Source: a phage
Sequence record: PZ179883.1
DNA: 64,000 nt
Strand: one strand, 5' to 3'
Of the stretch, positions 9,455-18,524 are shown in pieces. Made by a program: the position numbers and the translations under genes. How positions within the stretch are numbered: the first letter of the stretch is position 1; each line of letters opens with the position of its first letter. The notes beneath the pieces were generated by a model, which ran no database searches, was not told where the DNA came from, and worked only from the letters and a program-made list of their open reading frames with translations.

Positions 9455-9716
9455 TGTAAACTGATTTTTTCAACTTTCTTACTTCACTACGCAATTGACG
9501 ATTTAGCTCATCTTTAACTTCTGAATCAATGCCTTTCATTCTACGCCATTTATCTGAGCGAAAAATGTTTTCAACCATATCTTTATGACTTACACCATCA
9601 GGAGCTTTACGCTTTCCGAAATAGTCATAATCACGAACTTTCAAGTCTTTACGACGATACGTTTTACCCATGGAGTTTAATTTCCTTAGCAACTGAACTA
9701 AATACAGCACGATCAC
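9378..9716 (-). CDS. hypothetical basic protein (112 aa or shorter from internal Met)
   Basis: Track ORF; N-terminus overlaps neighbour so true start probably internal. Confidence 0.4.
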   Translation of the reverse strand: MIVLYLVQLLRKLNSMGKTYRRKDLKVRDYDYFGKRKAPDGVSHKDMVENIFRSDKWRRMKGIDSEVKDELNRQLRSEVRKLKKSVYIDDDFDYNISQRVAKRKSNECYRYS

Positions 9717-9846
9717 AAATCATCTGTTTATGTAACTTGAGTATAAGATAATAAACTTCAAAACCGTTTACATAAGTAACACGAACAACATTACCATTAA
9801 TAAAATAATATTGTCCCTTTTTAATCTCTTTATCAACCACAACCAT
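9664..9846 (-). CDS. hypothetical protein (60 aa)
   Basis: ATG 9844-9846 with GAGGA RBS, directly downstream of early promoter. Confidence 0.5.
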   Translation of the reverse strand: MVVVDKEIKKGQYYFINGNVVRVTYVNGFEVYYLILKLHKQMICDRAVFSSVAKEIKLHG

Positions 9847-9876
9847 ATCAAATCCTCAAAGGCAATTCATATGTTA

Positions 9877-9906
9877 ATAATACCACAGTTTGAACTTGTT
9901 GTAAAC
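9877..9906 (-). promoter_or_regulatory. early promoter (GTTTAC -35, 18 nt, TGGTATTAT extended -10)
   Basis: Minus strand GTTTAC at 9901-9906 and TATTAT at 9877-9882; A/T-rich TTCACAAAG upstream element. Confidence 0.6.
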
Positions 9907-9976
9907 AACTTTGTGAAAATTATTTTAGGGAATGATAAGAAGTGAATGATAGTTAGAATGGTAATATACAGAATGT

Positions 9977-9999
9977 GAGAAAGAAAGGCCCAGAGGGCC
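9977..9999 (-). terminator. intrinsic terminator after nrdH-like gene
   Basis: GGCCC-UCU-GGGCC followed by UUUCUUUCU. Confidence 0.5.
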
Positions 10000-10003
10000 C
10001 ATC

Positions 10004-10312
10004 TTAGTCTTCTATGATATCTCTATCATATCCAAGTGAAATGAGAGTTTCTTTGAAATGTTTAATGTTCTTTTGTCTAGAATCATTAATGAAAATGACT
10101 GGATAACGAATGTTAAGAGATGTGAATCCAGCGCGTTTAGCAAGAGATACAATCAGTGGACGATCATACTCAATCTTACCGTTATTTGTAAGAACTTTAT
10201 AGAAAGTAAAAGGAGCATTGAGCTCCTTTAGAAGTTTTGTAACTGATTGACATCCAGGACAACGACCTACTTCATCTGGAATTCCATAGACTTCAATCTT
10301 ATTTTGTTTCAC
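10004..10312 (-). CDS. nrdH: glutaredoxin-like protein (NrdH-like)
   Basis: 102 aa with CPGC redox motif; GTG start with AAGGAA RBS; adjacent to nrdG/nrdD. Confidence 0.6.
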   Translation of the reverse strand: MKQNKIEVYGIPDEVGRCPGCQSVTKLLKELNAPFTFYKVLTNNGKIEYDRPLIVSLAKRAGFTSLNIRYPVIFINDSRQKNIKHFKETLISLGYDRDIIED

Positions 10313-10314
10313 AA

Positions 10315-10551
10315 CTATTCCTTACTGAGAGCAGCATTCAGCTTATTAGTAATTTTATCCAGACGCTCATTGAACTCACTAGAAGATAGTCCTTTTTCTG
10401 GAGAAATCAAACTAATCACGAAAAATATAGCAATAAAAGGAATAAGGAAAATAGCTCCAACTGCCATAAACAAAAAGAATGTTACGGTTGTAAGAAAATC
10501 AGCTAAACCTTTACGAAATTTATACATATTTACCCTTAATTGATTAACCAA
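10315..10551 (-). CDS. small membrane protein (78 aa)
   Basis: Hydrophobic stretch AVGAIFLIPFIAIFFVISLI. Confidence 0.45.
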   Translation of the reverse strand: MVNQLRVNMYKFRKGLADFLTTVTFFLFMAVGAIFLIPFIAIFFVISLISPEKGLSSSEFNERLDKITNKLNAALSKE

Positions 10552-10641
10552 GCATTGATAAGCACTAAACTATATTGCGAATAAAATTCTGGACCAAAAT
10601 GAAAAATCATATCATTTATAGTGTCCATAATATAATTCAAT

Positions 10642-11112
10642 TTAATCATGTTTCCACACCCCATCGGTATTTGACCAAAGTCGCTGATTATCTGATCCTC
10701 GCCACAGCTTTTTGGTCGGAAGATTTTTCTCATACTTCCCATCAATAATAACATCAACATATTTAAGCATTTCTAGTTGTTTAATATCTTCAAATTTATA
10801 TCCTGTCCACAACCAAATGCTTTTATTGGGATAAAGATTTTTTACTGTTTGAACAATGCAATGAACAACATCTCGGTTATCAGGATAGAGAGGGTCTCCT
10901 CCAGTTATAGTTAATCCTTCTATATAATCATTATTCAAACATTCAATTAATTGTTCTAGTGTTTCACCAGTGAATGGAACGCCATTTCTAGCATTCCATG
11001 TTGATTTATTATAACAACCTTCGCATTTATGCAAACAACCTGTAACGAAAAGAACGACCCTGCATCCAGGGCCATTCACAAAATCGCAGGGATAAAATCT
11101 ATCGTAATTCAT
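10642..11112 (-). CDS. nrdG: anaerobic ribonucleotide reductase activating protein (radical SAM)
   Basis: 156 aa; CxxxCxxC-type cluster region GCLHKCEGCYN; overlaps nrdD stop. Confidence 0.85.
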   Translation of the reverse strand: MNYDRFYPCDFVNGPGCRVVLFVTGCLHKCEGCYNKSTWNARNGVPFTGETLEQLIECLNNDYIEGLTITGGDPLYPDNRDVVHCIVQTVKNLYPNKSIWLWTGYKFEDIKQLEMLKYVDVIIDGKYEKNLPTKKLWRGSDNQRLWSNTDGVWKHD

Positions 11113-12926
11113 TGGTGTTTAACCCTATGCATGATTTCTTTATTTTTGCCAAGATTAAATCCACGTTCATTCGGATTTCCCAAATAACCACAAGTTCTTC
11201 TTATTGTGTTCATCTTTTTAGGATCAGTTTCTCCACAAATAGAACAAACAAATCCGTTTTCAGTAGGAGTCATTTCATGGGTACTTCCACATGTAAAACA
11301 TTTATCTACTGGCATATTAACACCAAAATAATCTAAATGTTGTGCAGCATAATCCCATACAGCCTCAAGACCCTTTAGGTTATTTTTCATATCAGGAAGT
11401 TCAACATAAGAAATGTGACCACCTGTCGCAATGAAATGATATGGGGCTTCGCGAGAAATCTTTTCAAATGGAGTAATATTTTCTTCTACTGAAACGTGGA
11501 AACTGTTAGTATACCAGCCTTTATCGGTAACATCTTTTACACTTCCATATTTTTCGGTATCAAGTTTACAGAAGCGATAGCACAGGTTTTCAGCAGGAGT
11601 AGAATACAAACTAAAAGCAAATCCAGTTCTTTCAGTCCACTGCTTAAGACGAGCATTCATTTTAGTTAAAATTTCTTGTCCAATATCACGACCGACAAGA
11701 ATATTCAATTCGTGAATACCGATGTATCCTAGGGACACTGAACTTCTACCGTTTTTAAATAACTCAATTATATCGTCATCAGGTTTAAGACGAACCCCGA
11801 ATGCACCTTCTTGGTAAAGAATAGGAGCAACAGTCGCTTTAACTCCTTTTAAGGAACTAATTCTACACATCAATGCTTCAAAACATAAATCCATTCGTTC
11901 ATTGAACAATTCAGTAAATTTCTGTTCATTGAACTGTGTTCCAATATAAGAATCTAACGCAATACGAGGAAGATTCAGTGTTACAACGCCAAGATTATTA
12001 CGTCCATCAAGAATTTCATTACCAGTCGAATCTTTCCATACACTTAAGAAACTGCGGCAACCCATTGGAGAAACAGGAATAGATGAACCTGTGATAGCTT
12101 TATTGTTCTTAGCCGAAATGATGTCAGGATACATTCTTTTACTTGCACACTCTAGAGCAAGCTGCTTAATATCATAGTTCGGATCGTCTTTATAAAGATT
12201 AACACCTTCTTCAACGAACATAACAAGCTTAGGGAAAATAGGAGTTATCCCATCACGACCAAGACCTTTAATACGATTTTTCAGAATTGCTTTCTGAATC
12301 ATTCGTTCAGTCCAGTCAGTTCCCGTACCAAATGTAATTGTTACAAAAGGCGTTTGTCCGTTTGAACTAAAGAGAGTGTTTACTTCATATTCATAAGCTT
12401 GAAATGCATCGTATACGTCTTTTTCTGTTTTAGATTGAGCATAATTCAACGCATCAGCGATTTGCCATTTTTCTGCATCCTCAATATGTTTTGCATAGGT
12501 GCGTTTAACATAAGGAGAAAGTACTTTATCTACATTCGCAAAAGTCGTTCCGCCGTATTGATGGGAAGCAACCTGTGCAGTAATTTGTGCCATAATTGCA
12601 GTAGCAACGCCAATTGATTTAGGAGTTTCAATCTGTGCATTACCGAGCTTAAACCCGTTCTCAAGCATTCCTTTTAAATCTACTAAACAGCAATTAGTAA
12701 ATGGAAGAGCAGGGGAATAATCAATATCATGGAAATGAATAATTCCGCTTTCATGCGCTTTCATAATAAAAGACGGGACCATATTTTTGGCAATGTGTTT
12801 AGACACAATACCAGCCATAAGGTCCCGTTGAGTTGGAAAAACACGAGAATCTTTATTAGCATTCTCGTTTAAAAGGTCTTTATTAGTTTTATGAATCAAT
12901 CCTTCAATTTCTTTTTCAATTGTCAT
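11109..12926 (-). CDS. nrdD: anaerobic ribonucleoside-triphosphate reductase
   Basis: 605 aa continuous ORF; C-terminal glycyl-radical region RTCGYLGNP and zinc ribbon CFTCGS...CSICG. Confidence 0.9.
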   Translation of the reverse strand: MTIEKEIEGLIHKTNKDLLNENANKDSRVFPTQRDLMAGIVSKHIAKNMVPSFIMKAHESGIIHFHDIDYSPALPFTNCCLVDLKGMLENGFKLGNAQIETPKSIGVATAIMAQITAQVASHQYGGTTFANVDKVLSPYVKRTYAKHIEDAEKWQIADALNYAQSKTEKDVYDAFQAYEYEVNTLFSSNGQTPFVTITFGTGTDWTERMIQKAILKNRIKGLGRDGITPIFPKLVMFVEEGVNLYKDDPNYDIKQLALECASKRMYPDIISAKNNKAITGSSIPVSPMGCRSFLSVWKDSTGNEILDGRNNLGVVTLNLPRIALDSYIGTQFNEQKFTELFNERMDLCFEALMCRISSLKGVKATVAPILYQEGAFGVRLKPDDDIIELFKNGRSSVSLGYIGIHELNILVGRDIGQEILTKMNARLKQWTERTGFAFSLYSTPAENLCYRFCKLDTEKYGSVKDVTDKGWYTNSFHVSVEENITPFEKISREAPYHFIATGGHISYVELPDMKNNLKGLEAVWDYAAQHLDYFGVNMPVDKCFTCGSTHEMTPTENGFVCSICGETDPKKMNTIRRTCGYLGNPNERGFNLGKNKEIMHRVKHQ

Positions 12927-13396
12927 TTTAAACTCTTTCTAAGCTGCTTCTTAAATGAAGCTATTAACTGTGTTTTGGTGTCAGATTCATTATATTCAAA
13001 TCCTCTTTGAAGCATCTCGGCCATCATTTCCTCTTTTCCTAAACGAGAAAATTCCTTTGATTTATCTCCAACAAAGTTAGGGTGAATATTGTTTTGGGTG
13101 TAATCGGATTTTAAATAAGTAAGTAAATTTTCTAACCATTCAAGATAATCAACACCTTGTCCCTTTAAGCCAGAACGATTAAATTTATGTTTCATTTGAC
13201 CTTCTGCGGCATTGCAGAGATTACAAAGCAATCCACGTACCTTTCCTGCTTTTGGTCCATTTAATTCATGGTCATGATCAAGATGATTAGCTTGAACATC
13301 AGGATTTAGTTCTCGTTGGCAAATTAAACATTTACCGTTTTGTGCATCATAAAATTTCTGTTTTTCTTCTTTATATAATTTGCCAGTCAATAACAT
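12923..13396 (-). CDS. 49: endonuclease VII (Holliday junction resolvase)
   Basis: 157 aa, MLLTGKLYKEEKQKFYDAQNGKCLICQRELNPDVQANHLDHDHELNG... matches recalled T4 gp49. Confidence 0.9.
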   Translation of the reverse strand: MLLTGKLYKEEKQKFYDAQNGKCLICQRELNPDVQANHLDHDHELNGPKAGKVRGLLCNLCNAAEGQMKHKFNRSGLKGQGVDYLEWLENLLTYLKSDYTQNNIHPNFVGDKSKEFSRLGKEEMMAEMLQRGFEYNESDTKTQLIASFKKQLRKSLK

Positions 13397-13402
13397 AATA
13401 AA

Positions 13403-13427
13403 ACCCTTACCTTAAATAGATAAGGGT
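13403..13427 (-). other. stem-loop immediately upstream of gene 49 start
   Basis: ACCCTTA / TAAGGGT 7 bp stem with 11 nt loop, 6 nt before the gp49 ATG. Confidence 0.4.
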
Positions 13428-13438
13428 ATTTATTATTT

Positions 13439-13490
13439 TTAAGTATTGTAAAACATTCGATGCAATCGTTTATACTGTCGAATCATCTTT
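13439..13490. repeat. direct repeat copy A (about 50 bp, about 84 percent identical to 13652-13700)
   Basis: AAGTATTGTAAAACATTCGATGCAATCGTTTATACTGTCGAATC aligns with copy B. Confidence 0.7.
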
Positions 13491-13615
13491 TTAGTAGGAC
13501 GAGAATAGGTTCCTACGCAAGTGGTCATATGAGGGTCCGTAGAATGTCCTTTAATAAAAAGTTTCCAAACCTTACCGCCATTTAACTTTTCAGTATAAAC
13601 CAATTCGGTTTTCAT
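13439..13615 (-). CDS. small ORF (58 aa) sharing C-terminal 14 aa with pin
   Basis: ATG 13613-13615; MKTELVYTEKLNGGKVWKLF...IRQYKRLHRMFYNT; 3' end lies in a ~50 bp direct repeat of the pin 3' end. Confidence 0.35.
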   Translation of the reverse strand: MKTELVYTEKLNGGKVWKLFIKGHSTDPHMTTCVGTYSRPTKKMIRQYKRLHRMFYNT

Positions 13616-13651
13616 TAAAATGTCCTGTCAGAAAAAGAATTTTGAGTTTTT

Positions 13652-13700
13652 TCAAGTATTATAAAACATTTGATGCAATCGCTTATATTGCCGAATCTTT
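13652..13700. repeat. direct repeat copy B (3' end of pin)
   Basis: AAGTATTATAAAACATTTGATGCAATCGCTTATATTGCCGAATC. Confidence 0.7.
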
Positions 13701-14137
13701 TGGTCAGAAAAAGAAATTTGAGTTTCAAGCCATTCAATGTACTCTGCGGCAGCTTGCATCAGGTTACCTTCATAGCCATCGTTATTTTCTTGCGCAGCTA
13801 ATTTAGCTAATGCGTATGAAATACGTTCACCTTGAAAAGAGGCTTCAGGCTTCTGAACATCTTGGCTAGTTCTCTCTACAACTTCTTCAATTTCGCCATT
13901 TTCGACTGATTCAGTATTCCACAAGCACCAATACGTAATTGGCTTATCGTAGATGTTAATAATCTTTCCGTCGGAAAGTTCAATTTCAATAATTCCAGTA
14001 TCAGGTTCTATATCATCTTCACATTCTTTTGCAAGTTCACGAACTTTAAAGACAGTACCTGCACTAAGTTCCGGCCAGTAATTACACAGCCCTATATCAA
14101 CACGATTAATTCTAAACCACTTATCTACTGTAATCAT
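13652..14137 (-). CDS. pin: PinA-like protein (candidate Lon protease inhibitor)
   Basis: 161 aa from ATG 14135-14137 (track start 14155 is TTG); size and position next to gene 49 match T4 pin; no motif confirmation. Confidence 0.5.
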   Translation of the reverse strand: MITVDKWFRINRVDIGLCNYWPELSAGTVFKVRELAKECEDDIEPDTGIIEIELSDGKIINIYDKPITYWCLWNTESVENGEIEEVVERTSQDVQKPEASFQGERISYALAKLAAQENNDGYEGNLMQAAAEYIEWLETQISFSDQKIRQYKRLHQMFYNT

Positions 14138-14259
14138 GTCCCATCTCCATATCAATTAAGTCATTTATCGTTGGTTCATTATATACTGTTTCTTCATCAG
14201 TGTAAACCGGTTCTTCCGGCTCTGGCTCTACAGTTTCCCATCTAGCCGCCCACCAAGGT

Positions 14260-14469
14260 TTAACCCCGAAGCTTATTAAGTTCTTCATAATCAATCCAGG
14301 ATTCTAATCCTGATGGCAAATCAGATTCAATTTCCCAAAGAAGTTCTTCAATTTTCTGAAGACGATCTAATTCTTCGGCTGGAATAGTAACCATTGACGG
14401 AGTTCTTGATACACTAATATCGTAAATCATATTTACCCCAGTTTGACCATGCAATCGCCATATTTCCAT
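14260..14469 (-). CDS. hypothetical acidic protein (69 aa)
   Basis: Track ORF. Confidence 0.4.
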   Translation of the reverse strand: MEIWRLHGQTGVNMIYDISVSRTPSMVTIPAEELDRLQKIEELLWEIESDLPSGLESWIDYEELNKLRG

Positions 14470-14648
14470 TTAGAAATAGACTTTTCACCATTAGAATAAT
14501 AAACTTCGAGTTTAGCACGATTATTTTTAATTTGAATAACCTTGGCTGTCATCAAAGTTCCATACCCGTAATAAACTGCGACTTCATCACCTACATATAC
14601 CGCGCTTCCGCGGTAGTCATGGATATAATCAGTTCCTTCGAGCATCAT
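14433..14648 (-). CDS. hypothetical protein (71 aa)
   Basis: Track ORF, start overlaps nrdC stop. Confidence 0.45.
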   Translation of the reverse strand: MMLEGTDYIHDYRGSAVYVGDEVAVYYGYGTLMTAKVIQIKNNRAKLEVYYSNGEKSISKWKYGDCMVKLG

Positions 14649-14908
14649 TTAAAATATTCTCGCAGTTGGTCAAATCCACCAATATGACTTCCATCAGGAG
14701 CAAATACCTGGGGCATTGTCAAGCCGATTTGAGTATCACGACCTAGTTTAGTCAGAAGCTCAGCAATTTTCTCATCATCAAAAACACCTTTTTCCGGCAT
14801 AATGTTGATAAATTCAAACGGCTGTTTCTTCACGGTCAAAAGACGTTTTGCATTATCGCAATACACACATTTATGAATGTTGCTATCATAACCATATACT
14901 TTAAACAT
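14645..14908 (-). CDS. nrdC: glutaredoxin/thioredoxin NrdC
   Basis: 87 aa, CVYC redox motif, MFKVYGYDSNIHKCVYCDNAKRLL... Confidence 0.85.
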   Translation of the reverse strand: MFKVYGYDSNIHKCVYCDNAKRLLTVKKQPFEFINIMPEKGVFDDEKIAELLTKLGRDTQIGLTMPQVFAPDGSHIGGFDQLREYFK

Positions 14909-14909
14909 A

Positions 14910-15200
14910 TTATTCCTTAATTCCTAGTACTTGTTTAAAAATCTCGTCATAATCAAGACTTTGGCCCGTTTGTTCTTTATGTTTGTATATAATATCACTT
15001 ACTTCTGATAGCATATTTTTATATGAACGAGTTAAAGCAGATTTAAGCACGCTATATCTATCAGGAAATTTACCATGTTCATTATAATAAGCTATTGCTA
15101 ATTCACGGACTGCCTTTTCAGCAGTCTCCATATATTCTTTACGCTTGGTCATTTTCTTCTCGGTTAAATCGGTGTTTGCAATGACGACATTTATATTCAA
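14910..15200 (-). CDS. hypothetical protein (96 aa or shorter)
   Basis: Track ORF; overlaps upstream ORF, start probably internal. Confidence 0.4.
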   Translation of the reverse strand: MNINVVIANTDLTEKKMTKRKEYMETAEKAVRELAIAYYNEHGKFPDRYSVLKSALTRSYKNMLSEVSDIIYKHKEQTGQSLDYDEIFKQVLGIKE

Positions 15201-15456
15201 GCTCTGGTTTACGCCAGTTAATCAATTGGACCTGTTCAGTACCACATTTTGGGCAGTTCGGAACATTCTTAGAAGCCCTTTCGCGGCGTTCAACCATAAC
15301 CATAATGGCATCCCAAGCAGGAGGTTTAAAGTCTAGATCGTCACAGCCATGAATCTTTCCACGCATTTCTAAATCGTCTTCTTCACCAGCCATAATAATT
15401 TTAATTAGACTGGAATTACTTGAAGCTGCAATATCTTCTAATAAGCGCTTTTTCAT
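15139..15456 (-). CDS. zinc-ribbon protein (105 aa)
   Basis: CPKCG...CRHCKH four-cysteine motif. Confidence 0.5.
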   Translation of the reverse strand: MKKRLLEDIAASSNSSLIKIIMAGEEDDLEMRGKIHGCDDLDFKPPAWDAIMVMVERRERASKNVPNCPKCGTEQVQLINWRKPELEYKCRHCKHRFNREENDQA

Positions 15457-16382
15457 TTCAATACCTCAATAGCATTACGTAAACCATTTGCTTTGGCGGT
15501 TAAAGCCTTAAGAACTTTAGTATGCTCTTCAATCTGTTTTTCAACTTCAATTAAGCGTGTATTAAGATATTCGCGTTCTTCACTCAGGTTATCAATCTTT
15601 TCTACTTTAGGTTCTTTTACAACTGGCTTATATGTATTAGGGTTCTTCAGTTTAATTAGAATGCGTGAACTGTACAGCATTGAACCATTATCTTCGGTTT
15701 CGTCATACATTTCCACTACGTCCATCATCTCCACCATCGTGCAGAGTTTATAAGACAACGAACGAATAGTTTTGTTGTGCTTATTAATTTCTCTAGCTGT
15801 CATGGTGCCGAGATTACGTGAGTAATAATAAGGAACCTGGATATTAATTAATACTGATGAACCACCTGGCTTGTGTGTTACTTCATCAGCAATAACCCAG
15901 TCCTTAACATGAACTGTATTTGTACGGTCATCGCCCGCGGTAAATAGTTTACGAGCATGCTTAAAAAGCATATTCACTTGGTCATTGAATTGACAAGCGA
16001 ATTTATCAGCAAATTTAGTTTCAGGAATGGTAGATAACCAATCAGCCAAATGGGTCTTTTTAACATCGTTAACAATAGTAAATTCAACCAAATCGGTTAT
16101 AGATGTCGCAGATTTAATGAAGCTCGGCTTCATAAAGTTTTTAATGTTATCACTAGCTACAGTAGAAGATAACAGACGAGAACGTTTAAACCATTGAAGC
16201 AAATTGCCTAACGAATGAGAATAAGCGTTTTGAGTATCTTTACAGATATGATTTTCCTGGCTAACATATTGAAGGAAATCACGAAGAATATTATTAATTA
16301 CTGCTCTGTGCCCGATCTGATAATTACGATGTTTAGTAATAAGACTGTCAAAATAATCAATATAATGTTTACGAGTTTTCAT
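15453..16382 (-). CDS. coiled-coil-tailed paralog family member 1 (309 aa)
   Basis: ATG verified; N-terminal MKTRKHYIDYF, Pro/Lys linker KPVVKEPKVEK, C-terminal heptad coiled coil. Confidence 0.6.
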   Translation of the reverse strand: MKTRKHYIDYFDSLITKHRNYQIGHRAVINNILRDFLQYVSQENHICKDTQNAYSHSLGNLLQWFKRSRLLSSTVASDNIKNFMKPSFIKSATSITDLVEFTIVNDVKKTHLADWLSTIPETKFADKFACQFNDQVNMLFKHARKLFTAGDDRTNTVHVKDWVIADEVTHKPGGSSVLINIQVPYYYSRNLGTMTAREINKHNKTIRSLSYKLCTMVEMMDVVEMYDETEDNGSMLYSSRILIKLKNPNTYKPVVKEPKVEKIDNLSEEREYLNTRLIEVEKQIEEHTKVLKALTAKANGLRNAIEVLK

Positions 16383-16434
16383 GTTCTTCTCACTTAGTTA
16401 ATGATTTATACTCCGAGCCATCCTTGGCTTTAAA

Positions 16435-17436
16435 TTACTTAATTAACTGTAAAGCTTGTTCAAGACGATCCAGGCGATTAACAGATTCTTCCCAAATCCT
16501 TTTAGCCTGTTCATATTCTTTCTGCGCTTTATTAGAAATTTCTAGAGCTTCTTTATAAGCTTTTTCTAATGCAATAACTTCTGGACGAATTTCTACCGAT
16601 TCAGGTGAATCATCAAGATTATCCATTAGTTCCTCAAGGGTAGTTTCTTCTTTAGGAGTATTCACAATTTCTTCGCATTTTTGTTGGTAAATTTCTTTAT
16701 CAGTAGGTGAGTACGCACACTTTACTTCACGAAGACTAACTACAATTTTGTATCCTTCCCAACCGCACACATTCTTAAAAGGATAAGTATGAATATTTTC
16801 GACTGTTTCCATACAAAGTAGTGCAGTCTCTAATTGACGAGTTATATCACTAGCAATTGAGAAAAATTTATTAATGTTCTTTTGATTAGCTTCTGGTGTA
16901 AAAAATTCATAATTCACAAAAATAGCTGCTTTATTTTTATCAAGCTCATATTCTTTTATGATAATCATATCAGAAGCCCAAGGATGAATTTGACGATAAT
17001 CACCATAGCATAATTTAGAAGCTGATTTTAGAATTTGCTTTTTGAAAAGTCTGAAATTACTAATCCAACGACGAGTAAAAATATTCTCAGGGTCTTCTTT
17101 ATTATTAAGATGATAAGAATTAACATCACCGAACCAATTATATCCTACTACATCTTTGGTTCGTTTAATTTCTTTCCCAAAATTACCAAGAATATCCTGA
17201 TTAACTAAATATGAAAGAAGACGAGAACCTTTAAAGGTTTCCTTAATATCACCTTTATCTTCGCGACTAGAAATTTTATGAACTTCATGAATAAATTTGC
17301 TGGAAGAAACAATGCTTACATCAATATTATTGAGCCATTGATTGATAATGGAAATCACGCTATTCTGACTAGACACAGGTTTAACTTTATCATCAATAAC
17401 GCTGTTGAATGATTTGATATATTCATTACGAGTCAT
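16435..17436 (-). CDS. coiled-coil-tailed paralog family member 2 (333 aa)
   Basis: ATG with GAGGAG RBS, downstream of early promoter; shares RLFKKQILKSASKL motif and C-terminal coiled coil. Confidence 0.6.
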   Translation of the reverse strand: MTRNEYIKSFNSVIDDKVKPVSSQNSVISIINQWLNNIDVSIVSSSKFIHEVHKISSREDKGDIKETFKGSRLLSYLVNQDILGNFGKEIKRTKDVVGYNWFGDVNSYHLNNKEDPENIFTRRWISNFRLFKKQILKSASKLCYGDYRQIHPWASDMIIIKEYELDKNKAAIFVNYEFFTPEANQKNINKFFSIASDITRQLETALLCMETVENIHTYPFKNVCGWEGYKIVVSLREVKCAYSPTDKEIYQQKCEEIVNTPKEETTLEELMDNLDDSPESVEIRPEVIALEKAYKEALEISNKAQKEYEQAKRIWEESVNRLDRLEQALQLIK

Positions 17437-17464
17437 ATTAATCTCCTCAGTAGAAAGTAAGAAT

Positions 17465-17494
17465 ATTATACCACATCCCTGTGGTAAAGTAAAC
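17465..17494 (-). promoter_or_regulatory. early promoter (GTTTAC, 18 nt, TGGTATAAT)
   Basis: GTTTAC 17489-17494, TATAAT 17465-17470; 28 nt upstream of ATG 17436. Confidence 0.65.
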
Positions 17495-18516
17495 TAGTTC
17501 AGTGCATTTAGTGCATTGTTCAGTTTAGAACGTTGCTTCGTGAGATTTTTGACTTTTTCTTGAGCTTTTTCTAGCATCTTTTCAGCTTCTAGCACTTCAT
17601 TAGTTGCTTTAACGAGTTCATCATCTACTGCCTTGATAGACTTCTCAATCGCATCTGCATGCCATTTTTCAACAGGTTTAAGACTCGGATTTTCAATAGG
17701 AAGAAAATTCACTTTATTGAATTTCCATGCATCTTTATTACCTGAACTATACATCCAAAATTTAGGATCGTTTGATGAGTAATTGGATAAATTTAAGTTA
17801 TCTTGCACTTCCTGCTTTTTCTCTTGTGTGACTTCGTCCTTTCTCAAAAAATCGTATTTAAATGAAACGATCATATCAAGTTCATATGTTGTTGTATGTT
17901 CCCAATTTCGCTCAAAACGAGGTAAAATCTTAGATTGAACAGCAGCAACAACATCCATATACTTAAATGCTTCTGTTAACTGCGATTTAAGGCATTCACA
18001 AATTGAAAGAGAATTTTTTGTATTAGGTTTAAAGCTAATTCGTGCAGTTCTATTATTTTCTTTTAATGGTCTTACTTCCATCTGAAGAGTATAACCATCA
18101 AATTTCAGATTCTTTAAGTTAATATCAGAACCTTTTAATCGACTAGCCGTCGACAAAATTTGCTTTAATTGTCTACGGAACAGAGCAATAAATCTCCATT
18201 CAATACGATAATGATTTGGATTGAAAAATCCAGATGATAAATCGACCTTACTTTGACCAACGCCTTGAACAAATAGAGGATTTTTATAATCAATAGTTTT
18301 ACAGAAATCGGTGAGCTGTTCACGAGCAGTCATTTGTGTAATATACCCTGCTTTACTAAAATTACGCACCCATTCACTGCTATTCGTATACTTAAAGTGA
18401 TGAATAACACGATTAACTTTATCAGGGTCTAAATTATTTTCACACAAAAATGTCATAACATCACGAGTATAGCTGGCATTACGAACCATATCTTCAATTT
18501 GAGAACGAGTTTTCAT
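17494..18516 (-). CDS. coiled-coil-tailed paralog family member 3 (340 aa)
   Basis: ATG verified; ALFRRQLKQILSTASRL motif; C-terminal coiled coil. Confidence 0.6.
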   Translation of the reverse strand: MKTRSQIEDMVRNASYTRDVMTFLCENNLDPDKVNRVIHHFKYTNSSEWVRNFSKAGYITQMTAREQLTDFCKTIDYKNPLFVQGVGQSKVDLSSGFFNPNHYRIEWRFIALFRRQLKQILSTASRLKGSDINLKNLKFDGYTLQMEVRPLKENNRTARISFKPNTKNSLSICECLKSQLTEAFKYMDVVAAVQSKILPRFERNWEHTTTYELDMIVSFKYDFLRKDEVTQEKKQEVQDNLNLSNYSSNDPKFWMYSSGNKDAWKFNKVNFLPIENPSLKPVEKWHADAIEKSIKAVDDELVKATNEVLEAEKMLEKAQEKVKNLTKQRSKLNNALNALN

Positions 18517-18524
18517 GGTGTTCC

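Noticed and set aside
10536-10760. Minus-strand ORF 10536-10760 (74 aa)
   Set aside because: Overlaps the nrdG coding region out of frame
11109-12926. Looked for a group I intron or intron-encoded endonuclease within nrdD
   Set aside because: The ORF is continuous for 605 codons with no internal stop or inserted ORF; reported instead as an intron-less allele
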